Part shown: positions 12,701 to 30,149 of the stretch, piece after piece | How positions within the stretch are numbered: position 1 is the first letter of the stretch | Layout of the letters: the number at the start of each line of letters is the position of its first letter | Assembly (NCBI GenBank): GCA_964016885.1 | Contig: OZ024755.1 | Span: 43,772,001 to 43,836,000, forward strand | Length of the DNA: 64,000 nt | DNA from: Eledone cirrhosa | Taxonomy: Eukaryota | Reading direction: 5' to 3' | Notes under the pieces: generated by a model | Database searches by the model: none | What the model saw: the letters and a program-made list of their open reading frames with translations, nothing else | What the model was told of the DNA's origin: nothing | Translations under genes and position numbers: made by a program

Positions 12701-15700
12701 CACGGTTGACAGTACCAACATATACTGTGTACCACAGTTGACAGTTCCAACATATATGGTGTACCACTGTTGACACTACCGACATATACTGTGTAGCACA
12801 TTTGACAGTACTACCATATACTGTGTACCACAGTTGCGAGTACCAACATATACTGGGTACCACTGTTGATAGTACCAACATATACTGTGTACCACAGTTG
12901 ACAGTATCAACATATATTGTGTACCATTATTGACAGTACCAACATATACTGTGTACCACAGTTGACAATACCAACATATACTGTGTACCTCAGTTGACAG
13001 TACCAACATATACTGTGTGCCATAGTTGACAGTATCAACGTATATGTGTACCACTGTTGACAGTACTAACATATGCTGTGTACCACAGTTGACAGTACCA
13101 ACATATACTGTGTACCGCAGTTGACAGTACCAACATATCCTGTGTACCTCAGTTGACAGTACCAACATATACTGTGTACCACATTTGACAGTACCAACAT
13201 ATACTGTGTACCACAGGTGACAGTACCAACGTATACTGTGTACCACAGTTGACAGTACCAACATATACTGTGTACCACAGTTGACAGTACCAACATATAC
13301 TGTGTACCACAGTTGACAGTGCTAACATATACCGTGTACCACAGTTGACAGTACCAACATATACTGTGTAGCACAATTGACAGTACCCACATATACTGTG
13401 TACCATAGTTGACAGTACCCACGTATACTGTGTACCACAGTTGACAGTACCAACATATAATATGTACCAAAGTTGTAAGTACCAACGTATACTTTGTACC
13501 ACTGTTGACAGTACCAACATATACTGTGTACCACATTTGACAGTACAAACATATACTGTGTGGCACAGTTGACAGTACCCACATATACTGGATACCCCAG
13601 TTGATAGCACCAACGTATACTGTGTACCACATTTGACAGTTCCCACATATACAGGGTACAAGAGTTGACAATACCATCATATACTGTGTACCACAGTTGA
13701 TAGTACCAACATATACTGTGTACCACAGTTGACAGTACCAACATTTACCGTGTACCACAGTTGACAGTACCAACGTATACTGTGTACCACTGTTGAAAGT
13801 ACCAACATATACTGTGTACCACAATTGACAATACCAACATATACTGTGTACCACAGTTGACAGTACCAACATATACTGTGTACCACAGTTGACAGTACCA
13901 ACGTATACTGTATACCACATTTGACAGTACCAACGTAAACTGTGTACCACAGTTGACAGTACCAACCTATACTGTGTACCACTGGTGACAGTACCAACAT
14001 ATACCGTGTACCACAGTTGACAGTACCAACATATACTGTATACCACTGTTGACAGTACCAACATATACTGTGTACCACAGTTGACAGTACCAACGTATAC
14101 TGTGTATATTACCACAGTTGACAGTACCGACATATACTGTGTACCACAGTTGAGAGTACCAACGTATACCGTGTACCACAGTTGACAGTACCAACATACA
14201 CTGTGTACCACAGTTGAAAGTACCAACGTATACTGTGTACCACAGTTGACAATACCATCATATACTGTGTACCACAGTTGACAGTACCAACATATACTGT
14301 GTACCACAGTTGACAGTACTAACATATACTGTGTAACACAATTGACAGTACCAACGTATACTGTGTACCACAGTTGACAGTACTAACGTATACTGTGTAC
14401 CAAAGTTGACAATACCAACATATACTGTGTATCACAGTTGACAGTACCAACATATACTGTGTACCACAGTTGACAGTACCAACATATACTGTGTACCACA
14501 GTTGACAATACCAGCGTATACTGTGCACCACAGTTGACAGTACCAACATATACCGTGTACCACAGTTGAGCGTACCAACATATACTGTGTTCCACAGTTG
14601 ATAGTACCAACATATACTGTGTACCAAGTTGACAGTACCAACATAAACTGTATACCACAGTTGACAGTACCAACGTATACTGTGTACCACAGTTGACAAT
14701 ACCAACGTATGCTGTGTACCACAGTTGACAATACCAACATATACTGTGTACCACGGTTGACAGTAACAACATATACTGTGTACCACAGTTGACAGTTCCA
14801 ACATATATGGTGTACCACTGTTGACACTACCGACATATACTGTGTAGCACATTTGACAGTACTACCATATACTGTGTACCACAGTTGCGAGTACCAACAT
14901 ATACTGGGTACCACTGTTGATAGTACCAACATATACTGTGTACCACAGTTGACAGTATCAACATATATTGTGTACCATTATTGACAGTACCAACATATAC
15001 TGTGTACCACAGTTGACAATACCAACATATACTGTGTACCACAGTTGACAGTACCAACATATACTGTGTACCACAGTTGACAGTACCAACATACACTGTG
15101 TGCCATAGTTGACAGTATCAACGTATATGTGTACCACTGTTGACAGTACTAACATATGCTGTGTACCACAGTTGACAGTACCAACATATACTGTGTACCG
15201 CAGTTGACAGTACCAACATATCCTGTGTACCTCAGTTGACAGTACCAACATATACTGTGTACCACAGTTGACAGTACCAACATATACTGTGTACCACAGG
15301 TGACAGTACCAACGTATACTGTGTACCACAGTTGACAGTACCAACATATACTATGTACCACAGTTGACAGTACCAACATATACTGTGTACCACAGTTGAC
15401 AGTGCTAACATATACCGTGTACCACAGTTGACAGTACCAACATATACTGTGTAGCACAATTGACAGTACCCACATATACTGTGTACCATAGTTGACAGTA
15501 CCCACGTATACTGTGTACCACAGTTGACAGTACCAAAGTTGTAAGTACCAACGTATACTTTGTACCACTGTTGACAGTACCAACATATACTGTGTACCAC
15601 ATTTGACAGTACAAACATATACTGTGTACTACATTTGAGAGTACCAACATATACTGTTTACCACATTTGACAGTACCAACATATACTGTGTGGCACAGTT

Positions 15701-18700
15701 GACAGTACCCACATATACTGGATACCCCAGTTGATAGTACCAACGTATACTGTGTACCACATTTGACAGTTCCCACATATACAGAGTACAAAAGTTGACA
15801 ATACCATCATATACTGTGTACCACAGTTGATAGTACCAACATATACTGTGTACCACAGTTGACAGTACCAACGTATACTGTGTTCCACAGTTGACAGTAC
15901 CAACATATACTGTGTACCATAGTTGACAGTGTCAACGTATCTGTGTACCACAGTTGACATTACTAACATATGCTGTGTACCACAGTTGACAGTACCAACA
16001 TATACTGTGTACCACAGTTGACAGTACCAACATATACTGTGTACCACAGTTGACTGTACCAACATATACTTTGTACCACAGTTAACAGTACTAACATATA
16101 CCGTGTACCACAGTTGACAATACCAACATATACTGTGTGCCACAGTTGACAGTACCAACATATACTGTGTACCACAGTTGACAGTACCAACGTATACTGT
16201 GTACCACAGTTGACAGTACCAACATATACTGTTTAACACAGTTGACAGTACCAACATATACCGTGTACCACAGTTGACAGTACCAACGTATACTGTGTAC
16301 CACAGTTGAAAGTACCAGCATATACTGTGTACAACAGTTGACAGTACCAACATATACTGTGTAACACAGTTGACAGTTCCAACATATATGGTGTACCACT
16401 GTTGACACTACCGACATATACTGTGTAGCACATTTGACAGTACTACCATATACTGTGTACCACAGTTGCGAGTACCAACATATACTGTGTACCACAGTTG
16501 ACAGTATCAACATATATTGTGTACCATTATTGACAGTACCAACATATACTGTGTACCACAGTTGACAATACCAACATATACTGTGTACCACAGTTGACAG
16601 TGCCAACATATACTGTGTACCACAGTTGACAGTACCAACATACACTGTGTGCCATAGTTGACAGTATCAACGTATATGTGTACCACTGTTGACAGTACAA
16701 ACATATGCTGTGTACCACAGTTGACAGTACCAACATATACTGTGTACCGCAGTTGACAGTACCAACATATCCTGTGTACCTCAGTTGACAGTACCAACAT
16801 ATACTGTGTACCACAGTTGACAGTACCAACATATACTGTGTACCACAGGTGACAGTACCAACGTATACTGTGTACCACAGTTGACAGTACCAACATATAC
16901 TGTGTACCACAGTTGACAGTACCAACATATACTGTGTACCACAGTTGACAGTGCTAACATATACCGTGTACCACAGTTGACAGTACCAACATATACTGTG
17001 TAGCACAATTGACAGTACCCACATATACTGTGTACCATAGTTGACAGTACCCACGTATACTGTGTACCACAGTTGACAGTACCAACATATAATATGTACC
17101 AAAGTTGTAAGTACCAACGTATACTTTGTACCACTGTTGACAGTACCAACATATACTGTGTACCACATTTGACAATACAAACATATACTGTGTACTACAT
17201 TTGAGAGTACCAACATATACTGTTTACCACATTTGACAGTACCAACATATACTGTGTGGCACAGTTGACAGTACCCACATATACTGGATACCCCAGTTGA
17301 TAGTACCAACGTATACTGTGTACCACATTTGACAGTTCCCACATATACAGGGTACAACAGTTGACAATACCATCATATACTGTGTACCACAGTTGATAGT
17401 ACCAACATATACTGTGTACCACAGTTGACAGTACCAACGTATACTGTGTTCCACAGTTGACAGTACCAACATATACTGTGTACCATAGTTGACAGTGTCA
17501 ACGTATCTGTGTACCACAGTTGACATTACTAACATATGCTGTGTACCACAGTTGACAGTACCAACATATACTGTGTACCACAGTTGACAGTACCAACATA
17601 TACTGTGTACCACAGTTGACTGTACCAACATATACTTTGTACCACAGTTAACAGTACTAACATATACCGTGTACCACAGTTGACAATACCAACATATACT
17701 GTGTGCCACAGTTGACAGTACCAACATATACTGTGTACCACAGTTGACAGTACCAACGTATACTGTGTACCACAGTTGACAGTACAAACATATACTGTGT
17801 AACACAGTTGACAGTACCAACATATACTGTGTACCACAGTTGACAGTACCAACATATACTGTGTACCACAGTTGACAGTATTAACGTATACTGTATACCA
17901 CATTTGACAGTACCAACGTAAACTGTGTACCACAGTTGACAGTACCAACCTATACTGTGTACTACTGGTGACAGTACCAACATATACCTTGTACCACAGT
18001 TGACAGTACCAACATATACTGTATACCACTGTTGACAGTACCAACATATACTGTGTACCACAGTTGACAGTACCAACGTATACTGTGTATATTACCACAG
18101 TTGACAGTACCGACATATACTGTGTCCCACAGTTGACAGTACCAACATATACTGTGTACCACTGTTGACAGTACCAACATATACTGGGTACCGCAGTTAA
18201 CAGTAGCAACATATACCGTGTACCACAGTTGAGAGTACCAACATATACTGTGTACCACAGTTGACAGTACCAACATATACTGTGTACCACAGTTGACAGT
18301 ACCAACATATATGGGTACCATAGTTGACAGTGCCAACATATACCTTGTACCACAGTTGACAATACCAACATATACTGTGTACCACAGTTGACAGTACCAA
18401 CATATACTGTGTACCACAGTTGACAGTACCAACGTATACTGTGTACCACAGTTGACAGTACCAACATATACTGTGTAACACAGTTGACAGTACCAACATA
18501 TACCGTGTACCACAGTTGACAGTACCAACGTATACTGTGTACCACTGTTGAAAGTACCAACATATACTGTGTACCACAGTTGACAGTACCAACATATACT
18601 GTGTACCACAGTTGACAGTACCAACATATACTGTGTACCACAGTTGACAGTACCAACGTATACTGTATACCACATTTGACAGTACCAACGTAAACTGTGT

Positions 18701-21700
18701 ACCACAGTTGACAGTACCAACCTATACTGTGTACCACTGGTGACAGTACCAACATATACCGTGTACCACAGTTGACAGTACCAACATATACTGTATACCA
18801 CTGTTGACAGTACCAACATATACTGTGTACCACAGTTGACAGTACCAACGTATACTGTGTATATTACCACAGTTGACAGTACCGACATATACTGTGTACC
18901 ACAGTTGAGAGTACCAACGTATACCGTGTACCACAGTTGACAGTACCAACATACACTGTGTACCACAGTTGAAAGTACCAACGTATACTGTGTACCACAG
19001 TTGACAATACCATCATATACTGTGTACCACAGTTGACAGTACCAACATATACTGTGTAACACAGTTGACAGTACTAACATATACTGTGTACCACAATTGA
19101 CAGTACCAACGTATACTGTGTACCACAGTTGACAGTACTAACGTATACTGTGTACCAAAGTTGGCAATACCAACATATACTGTGTATCACAGTTGACAGT
19201 ACCAACATATACTGTGTACCACAGTTGACAGTACCAACATATACTGTGTACCACAGTTGACAATACCAGCGTATACTGTGCACCACAGTTGACAGTACCA
19301 ACATATACCGTGTACCACAGTTGAGCGTACCAACATATACTGTGTACCACAGTTGATAGTACCAACATATACTGTGTACCAAGTTGACAGTACCAACATA
19401 TACTGTATACCACAGTTGACAGTTCCAACGTATACTGTGTACCACAGTTGACAATACCAACGTATGCTGTGTACCACAGTTGACAATACCAACATATACT
19501 GTGTACCACGGTTGACAGTACCAACATATACTGTGTACCACAGTTGACAGTTCCAACATATATGGTGTACCACTGTTGACACTACCGACATATACTGTGT
19601 AGCACATTTGACAGTACTACCATATACTGTGTACCACAGTTGCGAGTACCAACATATACTGGGTACCACTGTTGATAGTACCAACATATACTGTGTACCA
19701 CAGTTGACAGTATCAACATATATTGTGTATCATTATTGACAGTACCAACATATACTGTGTACCACAGTTGACAATACCAACATATACTGTGTACCTCAGT
19801 TGACAGTACCAACATATACTGTGTACCACAGTTGACAGTACCAACATATACTGTGTGCCATAGTTGACAGTATCAACGTATATGTGTACCACTGTTGACA
19901 GTACTAACATATGCTGTGTACCACAGTTGACAGTACCAACATATACTGTGTACCGCAGTTGACAGTACCAACATATCCTGTGTACCTCAGTTGACAGTAC
20001 CAACATATACTGTGTACCACATTTGACAGTACCGACATATACTGTGTACCACAGGTGACAGTACCAACGTATACTGTGTACCACAGTTGACAGTACCAAC
20101 ATATACTGTGTACCACAGTTGACAGTACCAACATATACTGTGTACCACAGTTGACAGTGCTAACATATACCGTGTACCACAGTTGACAGTACCAACATAT
20201 ACTGTGTAGCACAATTGACAGTACCCACATATACTGTGTACCATAGTTGACAGTACCCACGTATACTGTGTACCACAGTTGACAGTACCAACATATAATA
20301 TGTACCAAAGTTGTAAGTACCAACGTATACTTTGTACCACTGTTGACAGTACCAACATATACTGTGTACCACATTTGACAGTACAAACATATACTGTGTG
20401 GCACAGTTGACAGTACCCACATATACTGGATACCCCAGTTGATAGCACCAACGTATACTGTGTACCACATTTGACAGTTCCCACATATACAGGGTACAAG
20501 AGTTGACAATACCATCATATACTGTGTACCACAGTTGATAGTATCAACATATACTGTGTACCACAGTTGACAGTACCAACGTATACTGTGTTCCACAGTT
20601 GACAGTACCAACATATACTGTGTAACACAGTTGACAGTACCAACATATACCGTGTACCACAGTTGACAGTACCAACGTATACTGTGTACCACTGTTGAAA
20701 GTACCAACATATACTGTGTACCACAATTGACAATACCAACATATACTGTGTACCACAGTTGACAGTACCAACGTATACTGTATACCACATTTGACAGTAC
20801 CAACGTAAACTGTGTACCACAGTTGACAGTACCAACCTATACTGTGTACCACTGGTGACAGTACCAACATATACCGTGTACCACAGTTGACAGTACCAAC
20901 ATATACTGTATACCACTGTTGACAGTACCAACATATACTGTGTACCACAGTTGACAGTACCAACGTATACTGTGTATATTACCACAGTTGACAGTACCGA
21001 CATATACTGTGTACCACAGTTGAGAGTACCAACGTATACCGTGTACCACAGTTGACAGTACCAACATACACTGTGTACCACAGTTGAAAGTACCAACGTA
21101 TACTGTGTACCACAGTTGACAATACCATCATATACTGTGTACCACAGTTGACAGTACCAACATATACTGTGTACCACAGTTGACAGTACTAACATATACT
21201 GTGTAACACAATTGACAGTACCAACGTATACTGTGTACCACAGTTGACAGTACTAACGTATACTGTGTACCAAAGTTGACAATACCAACATATACTGTGT
21301 ATCACAGTTGACAGTACCAACATATACTGTGTACCACAGTTGACAGTACCAACATATACTGTGTACCACAGTTGACAATACCAGCGTATACTGTGCACCA
21401 CAGTTGACAGTACCAACATATACCGTGTACCACAGTTGAGCGTACCAACATATACTGTGTTCCACAGTTGATAGTACCAACATATACTGTGTACCAAGTT
21501 GACAGTACCAACATAAACTGTATACCACAGTTGACAGTACCAACGTATACTGTGTACCACAGTTGACAATACCAACGTATGCTGTGTACCACAGTTGACA
21601 ATACCAACATATACTGTGTACCACGGTTGACAGTAACAACATATACTGTGTACCACAGTTGACAGTTCCAACATATATGGTGTACCACTGTTGACACTAC

Positions 21701-23220
21701 CGACATATACTGTGTAGCACATTTGACAGTACTACCATATACTGTGTACCACAGTTGCGAGTACCAACATATACTGGGTACCACTGTTGATAGTACCAAC
21801 ATATACTGTGTACCACAGTTGACAGTATCAACATATATTGTGTACCATTATTGACAGTACCAACATATACTGTGTACCACAGTTGACAATACCAACATAT
21901 ACTGTGTACCACAGTTGACAGTACCAACATATACTGTGTACCACAGTTGACAGTACCAACATACACTGTGTGCCATAGTTGACAGTATCAACGTATATGT
22001 GTACCACTGTTGACAGTACTAACATATGCTGTGTACCACAGTTGACAGTACCAACATATACTGTGTACCGCAGTTGACAGTACCAACATATCCTGTGTAC
22101 CTCAGTTGACAGTACCAACATATACTGTGTACCACAGTTGACAGTACCAACATATACTGTGTACCACAGGTGACAGTACCAACGTATACTGTGTACCACA
22201 GTTGACAGTACCAACATATACTATGTACCACAGTTGACAGTACCAACATATACTGTGTACCACAGTTGACAGTGCTAACATATACCGTGTACCACAGTTG
22301 ACAGTACCAACATATACTGTGTAGCACAATTGACAGTACCCACATATACTGTGTACCATAGTTGACAGTACCCACGTATACTGTGTACCACAGTTGACAG
22401 TACCAAAGTTGTAAGTACCAACGTATACTTTGTACCACTGTTGACAGTACCAACATATACTGTGTACCACATTTGACAGTACAAACATATACTGTGTACT
22501 ACATTTGAGAGTACCAACATATACTGTTTACCACATTTGACAGTACCAACATATACTGTGTGGCACAGTTGACAGTACCCACATATACTGGATACCCCAG
22601 TTGATAGTACCAACGTATACTGTGTACCACATTTGACAGTTCCCACATATACAGAGTACAAAAGTTGACAATACCATCATATACTGTGTACCACAGTTGA
22701 TAGTACCAACATATACTGTGTACCACAGTTGACAGTACCAACGTATACTGTGTTCCACAGTTGACAGTACCAACATATACTGTGTACCATAGTTGACAGT
22801 GTCAACGTATCTGTGTACCACAGTTGACATTACTAACATATGCTGTGTACCACAGTTGACAGTACCAACATATACTGTGTACCACAGTTGACAGTACCAA
22901 CATATAGTGTGTACCACAGTTGACTGTACCAACATATACTTTGTACCACAGTTAACAGTACTAACATATACCGTGTACCACAGTTGACAATACCAACATA
23001 TACTGTGTGCCACAGTTGACAGTACCAACATATACTGTGTACCACAGTTGACAGTACCAACGTATACTGTGTACCACAGTTGACAGTACCAACATATACT
23101 GTGTAACACAGTTGACAGTACCAACATATACCGTGTACCACAGTTGACAGTACCAACGTATACTGTGTACCACAGTTGAAAGTACCAGCATATACTGTGT
23201 ACAACAGTTGACAGTACCAA
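9735..23220. repeat. Tandem duplication of a ~6.8-kb super-unit (copy 1 ~9735-16350, copy 2 ~16350-23220)
   Basis: Private variants pair at offsets 6,806/6,838/6,870: GTACAAACATATGC (9889/16695), GGGTACAAGAG (13654/20492), CAGTAACAAC (14761/21631), CTATGTACC (15351/22221), ACAGAGTACAAAAG (15781/22651). ORF pairs agree (9975/16781, 13967/20837, 14319/21189). Confidence 0.85.
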
Positions 23221-25554
23221 CATATACTGTGTACCACAGTTGACAGTACCAACATATACTGTGTACCACAGTTGACAGTATTAACGTATACTGTATACCA
23301 CATTTGACAGTACCAACGTAAACTGTGTACCACAGTTGACAGTACCAACCTATACTGTGTACTACTGGTGACAGTACCAACATATACCTTGTACCACAGT
23401 TGACAGTACCAACATATACTGTATACCACTGTTGACAGTACCAACATATACTGTGTACCACAGTTGACAGTACCAACGTATACTGTGTATATTACCACAG
23501 TTGACAGTACCGACATATACTGTGTCCCACAGTTGACAGTACCAACATATACTGTGTACCACTGTTGACAGTACCAACATATACTGGGTACCGCAGTTAA
23601 CAGTAGCAACATATACCGTGTACCACAGTTGAGAGTACCAACATATACTGTGTACCACAGTTGACAGTACCAACATATACTGTGTACCACAGTTGACAGT
23701 ACCAACATATACTGTGTACCATAGTTGACAGTGCCAACATATACCTTGTACCACAGTTGACAATACCAACATATACTGTGTACCACAGTTGACAGTACCA
23801 ACATATACTGTGTACCACAGTTGACAGTACCAACGTATACTGTGTACCACAGTTGACAGTACCAACATATACTGTGTACCACAGTTGACAGTACCAACAT
23901 ATACTGTGTACCACAGTTGACAGTACCAACGTATACTGTATACCACATTTGACAGTACCAACGTAAACTGTGTACCACAGTTGACAGTACCAACCTATAC
24001 TGTGTACCACTGGTGACAGTACCAACATATACCGTGTACCACAGTTGACAGTACCAACATATACTGTATACCACTGTTGACAGTACCAACATATACTGTG
24101 TACCACAGTTGACAGTACCAACGTATACTGTGTATATTACCACAGTTGACAGTACCGACATATACTGTGTACCACAGTTGAGAGTACCAACGTATACCGT
24201 GTACCACAGTTGACAGTACCAACATACACTGTGTACCACAGTTGAAAGTACCAACGTATACTGTGTACCACAGTTGACAATACCATCATATACTGTGTAC
24301 CACAGTTGACAGTACCAACATATACTGTGTAACACAGTTGACAGTACTAACATATACTGTGTACCACAATTGACAGTACCAACGTATACTGTGTACCACA
24401 GTTGACAGTACTAACGTATACTGTGTACCAAAGTTGACAATACCAACATATACTGTGTATCACAGTTGACAGTACCAACATATACTGTGTACCACAGTTG
24501 ACAGTACCAACATATACTGTGTACCACAGTTGACAATACCAGCGTATACTGTGCACCACAGTTGACAGTACCAACATATACCGTGTACCACAGTTGACCG
24601 TACCAACATATACTGTGTACCACACTTGATAGTACCAACATATACTGTGTACCAAGTTGACAGTACCAACATATACTGTATACCACAGTTGACAGTACCA
24701 ACGTATACTGTGTACCACAGTTGACAATACCAACGTATGCTGTGTACCACAGTTGACAATACCAACATATACTGTGTACCACGGTTGACAGTACAAACAT
24801 ATACTGTGTACCACAGTTGACAGTTCCAACATATATGGTGTACCACTGTTGACACTACCGACATATACTGTGTAGCACATTTGACAGTACTACCATATAC
24901 TGTGTACCACAGTTGCGAGTACCAACATATACTGGGTACCACTGTTGATAGTACCAACATATACTGTGTACCACAGTTGACAGTATCAACATATATTGTG
25001 TACCATTATTGACAGTACCAACATATACTGTGTACCACAGTTGACAATACCAACATATACTGTGTACCACAGTTGACAGTACCAACATATACTGTGTACC
25101 ACAGTTGACAGTACCAACATATACTGTGTGCCATAGTTGACAGTATCAACGTATATGTGTACCACTGTTGACAGTACTAACATATGCTGTGTACCACAGT
25201 TGACAGTACCAACATATACTGTGTACCGCAGTTGACAGTACCAACATATCCTGTGTACCTCAGTTGACAGTACCAACATATACTGTGTACCACAGTTGAC
25301 AGTACCAACATATACTGTGTACCACAGGTGACAGTACCAACGTATACTGTGTACCACAGTTGACAGTGCTAACATATACCGTGTACCACAGTTGACAGTA
25401 CCAACATATACTGTGTAGCACAATTGACAGTACCCACATATACTGTGTACCATAGTTGACAGTACCCACGTATACTGTGTACCACAGTTGACAGTACCAA
25501 CATATAATATGTACCAAATTTGTAAGTACCAACGTATACTTTGTACCACAGTTG

Positions 25555-28500
25555 ACAGTACCAACGTATACTGTGTATATCACCACAGTTGACAGTACCA
25601 ACATATACTGTGTACAGCAGTTAACAGTAGCAACATATACCGTGTACCACAGTTGAGAGTACCAACATATACTGTGTACCAGAGTTGACAGTACCAACAT
25701 ATACTGTGTACCACAGTTGACAGTACCAACATATACTGTGTACCATAGTTGACAGTGCCAACATATACAGTGTACCACAGTTGACAATACCAACATATAT
25801 TGTGTACCACAGTTGACAGTACCAACATATATGGTGTACCACTGTTGACACTACCGACATATACTGTGTAGCACAGTTGACAGTACTAACATATACTGTG
25901 TACCACAGTTGAGAGTACCAACATATACTGGGTACCACTTTTGACAGTACCAACATATACTGTGTACCACAGTTGACAGTATCAACATATACTGTGTACC
26001 ACTGTTGACAGTACCAACATATACTGTGTACCACATATGACTACCAACGTATACTGTGTACCACAGTTGACACTACCAACATATACTGTGTACCACAGTT
26101 GACAGTACCAACATATACTGTGTACCTCAGTTGACATTACCAACATATACTGTGTACCACAGTTGACAATACCAACATATACTGTCTACCACAGTTGACA
26201 GTACCAACATATACTGTGTACCACAGTTGACAGTACCAACGTATACTGTGTACCACAGTTGACAGTACCATCATATACTGTGTACCACAGTTGACAGTAC
26301 CAACGTATACTGTGTACCAGAGTTGACAGTACCAACATATAATGTGTACCACAGTTGACAGTACCAACATATACTGTGTACCACAGCTGACACTACCAAC
26401 ATATACTGTGTACCACAGTTGACAGTACCAACGTATACTGTGTACCACTGTTGACAGTACCAACATATACTGTGTACCACAGTTGACAGTACCAACATAT
26501 ACTGTGTACCACAGTTGACAGTACCAACATATACTTTGTACCACAGTTGACAGTACCAACATATACTGTGTACCACAGTTAACAGTACCAACATATACTG
26601 TGTACCACATTTGACAGTACCAACGTATACTGTGTACCACAGTTGACAGTACCATCATATACTGTGTACCACAGTTGACAGTACCAACGTATACTGTGTA
26701 CCAGAGTTGACAGTACCAACATATACTGTGTACCACAGCTGACACTACCAACATATACTGTGTACCACAGCTGACAGTACCAACGTATATTGTGTACCAC
26801 TATTGACAGTACCAACATATACTGTGTACCACAGTTGACAGTACCAACATATACAGTGTACCACAGTTGACAGTATCAACATATACTGTGTACCACAATT
26901 GACAGTACCAACATATACTGTGTACCAAAGGTGACAGTACCCACATGTACCGTCTACCACAGTTGATAGTACCAACGTATACTGTGTACCACAGTTGAGA
27001 GTACCAACGTATACTGTGTACCACAGTTGATTGTAGCAACGTATACTCTGTACCACAGTTGACAGTACCAACATATACTGTGTACCATAGTTGACAGTAC
27101 CAACATATACTGTGTACCACTGTTGACAGTACCATCATATACCATGTACCACAGTTGACAGTACCAACGTATACTGTGTACCAGAGTTGACAGTACCAAC
27201 ATATAATGTGTACCACAGTTGACAGTACCAACATATACTGTGTACCACAGCTGACACTACCAACATATACTGTGTACCACAGTTGACAGTACCAACGTAT
27301 ACTGTGTACCACTGTTGACAGTACCAACATATACTGTGTACCACAGTTGACAGTACCAACATATACAGTGTACCTCAGTTGACAGTACCAACATATACTG
27401 TGTACCACAGTTGACAGTACCAACATGTACCGTGTACCACAGTTGATAGTACCAACGTATACTGTGTACCACAGTTGAGAGTACCAACGTATACTGTGTA
27501 CCACAGTTGATAGTACCAACATATACTGTGTACCACAGTTGACAATACCAACATATACTGTGTACCACAGTTGACAGTACCAACATATACTGTGTACCAC
27601 AGTTGACAGTACCAACATATACTGTGTACCTCAGTTGACAGTACCAACATATACTGTGTACCACAGTTGACAGTACCAACATGTACCGTGTACCACAGTT
27701 GATAGTACCAACGTATACTGTGTACCACAGTTGAGAGTACCAACGTATACTGTGTACCACAGTTGACAGTACCAATATATACTTTGTACCACAGTTGACA
27801 GTACCAACATATACTGTGTACCACAGTTGACAGTACCAACATATACTGTGTACCACTGTTGACAGTACCAACATATACTGTGTACCACTGTTGACTACCA
27901 ACATATACCGTGTACCACAGTTCACAGTACCAACGTATACTGTGTATGTTACCACAGTTGACAGTACCAACATATACTGTGTACCACAGTTGACAGTACC
28001 AACATATACTGTGTACCACTGTTGACTACCAACATATACCATGTACCACAGTTCACAGTACCAACGTATACTGTGTATGTTACCACAGTTGACAGTACCA
28101 ACATATACTGTGTACCACAGTTGAGAGTACCAATATATACTGGTACCACTGTTGACAGTACCAACATATATGGTGTACCACTGTTGACACTACCGACATA
28201 TACTGCGTAACACAATTGACAGTACCAACATATACTGTGTACCACAGTTGACAGTACCAACATATACTGTGTACCACAGTTGACAGTACCAACATATATA
28301 GTGTACCACAGCTGACACTACCAACATATACTGTGTACCTCAGTTGACAGTACTAACATATACTGTGTACCACAGTTGACAGTACCAACGTATACTGTGT
28401 ACCACAGTTGACAGTACCAATGTATACTGTGTACCACAGTTGACAGTACCAACATATACTGTGTACCACAATTGACAGTACCAACATATACTGTGTACCA

Positions 28501-29870
28501 CAGTTGACAGTACCAACATATGTGTACCACAGTTAACAGTACCAACATATACTGTGAACCACAGTTGACAGTACCAACATATACTGTGTACCACAGTTGA
28601 CAGTACCAACATATACTGTGTGCCTCAGTTGACAGTACCAACATATACTGTGTACCACAGTTGACAATACCAACATATACTGTGTACCACAGTTGACAGT
28701 ACCAACATATACTGTGTACCACAGTTGACAGTACCAACATATACTGTGTACCACAGTTGACAGTACCAACATATACTTTGTACCACAGTTGACAGTACCA
28801 ACATATACTGTGTACCACAGTTAACAGTACCAACATATACTGTGTACCACATTTGACAGTACCAACGTATACTGTGTACCACAGTTGACAGTACCATCAT
28901 ATACTGTGTACCAGAGTCGACAGTACCAACGTATACTATGTACCAGAGTTGACAGTACCAACATATACTGTGTACCACAGTTGACAGTACCAACATATAC
29001 TGTGTACCACAGCTGACACTACCAACTTATACTGTGTACCACAGTTGACAGTACCAACGTATATTGTGTACCACTATTGACAGTACCAACATATACTGTG
29101 TACCGCAGTTGACAGTACCAACATATACAGTGTATCACAGTTGACAGTACCAACATATACTGTGTACCACAGTTGACAGTACCAACATATACTGTGTACC
29201 ACAGTTGACAGTACCAACATGTACCGTCTACCACAGTTGATAGTACCAACGTATACTGTGTACCACAGTTGAGAGTACCAACGTATACTCTGTACCACAG
29301 TTGACAGTACCAACATATACTGTGTACCACAGTTGATAGTACCAACATATACTGTGTACCAGTGTTGACAGTACCAACATATACCATGTACCACAGTTGA
29401 CAGTACCAACATATACTGTTTACCACTGTTGACAGTACCAACATATACCGTGTCCCACAGTTCACAGTACCAACGTATACTGTGTATGTTACCACAGTTG
29501 ACAGTACCAACATATACTGTGTACCATAGTTGAGAGTACCAACATATACTGGGTACCACTGTTGACAGTACCAACATATATTGTGTACCACAGTTGACAG
29601 TACCAACATATAGTGTGTACCACAGTTGACAGTACCAACATATACTGTGTACCTCAGTTAACAGTAGCAAAATATACAGTGTACCACAGTTGAGAGTACC
29701 AACATATACTGTGTACCACAGTTGACAGTACCAACATATACTGTGTACCACAGTTGACAGTACCAACATATACAGTGTACCATAGTTGACAGTGCCATCA
29801 TATACCGTGTTCCACTGTTGACAATACCAACATATACTGTGTACCACAGTTGACAGTACCAACATATACT
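25555..29870. repeat. Heterogeneous satellite block between the left and right HOR domains
   Basis: Lacks the CGTAAACTG and GTTGTAAG HOR markers. Carries TTCACAG, the ATGTT insertion, TTGACTACC (-2), CAGCTGAC, GTACCGTCTACC, TACTGCGTAAC, and singleton indels at ~28141 and ~28520. Confidence 0.7.
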
Positions 29871-30149
29871 GTGTACCACAATTGACAGTACCAACGTATA
29901 CTGTGTACCACAGTTGACAGTACTAACGTATACTGTGTACCAAAGTTGACAATACCAACATATACTGTGTATCACAGTTGACAGTACCAACATATACTGT
30001 GTACCACAGTTGACAGTACCAACATATACTGTGTACCACAGTTGACAATACCAGCGTATACTGTGCACCACAGTTGACAGTACCAACATATACCGTGTAC
30101 CACAGTTGAGCGTACCAACATATACTGTGTACCACAGTTGATAGTACCA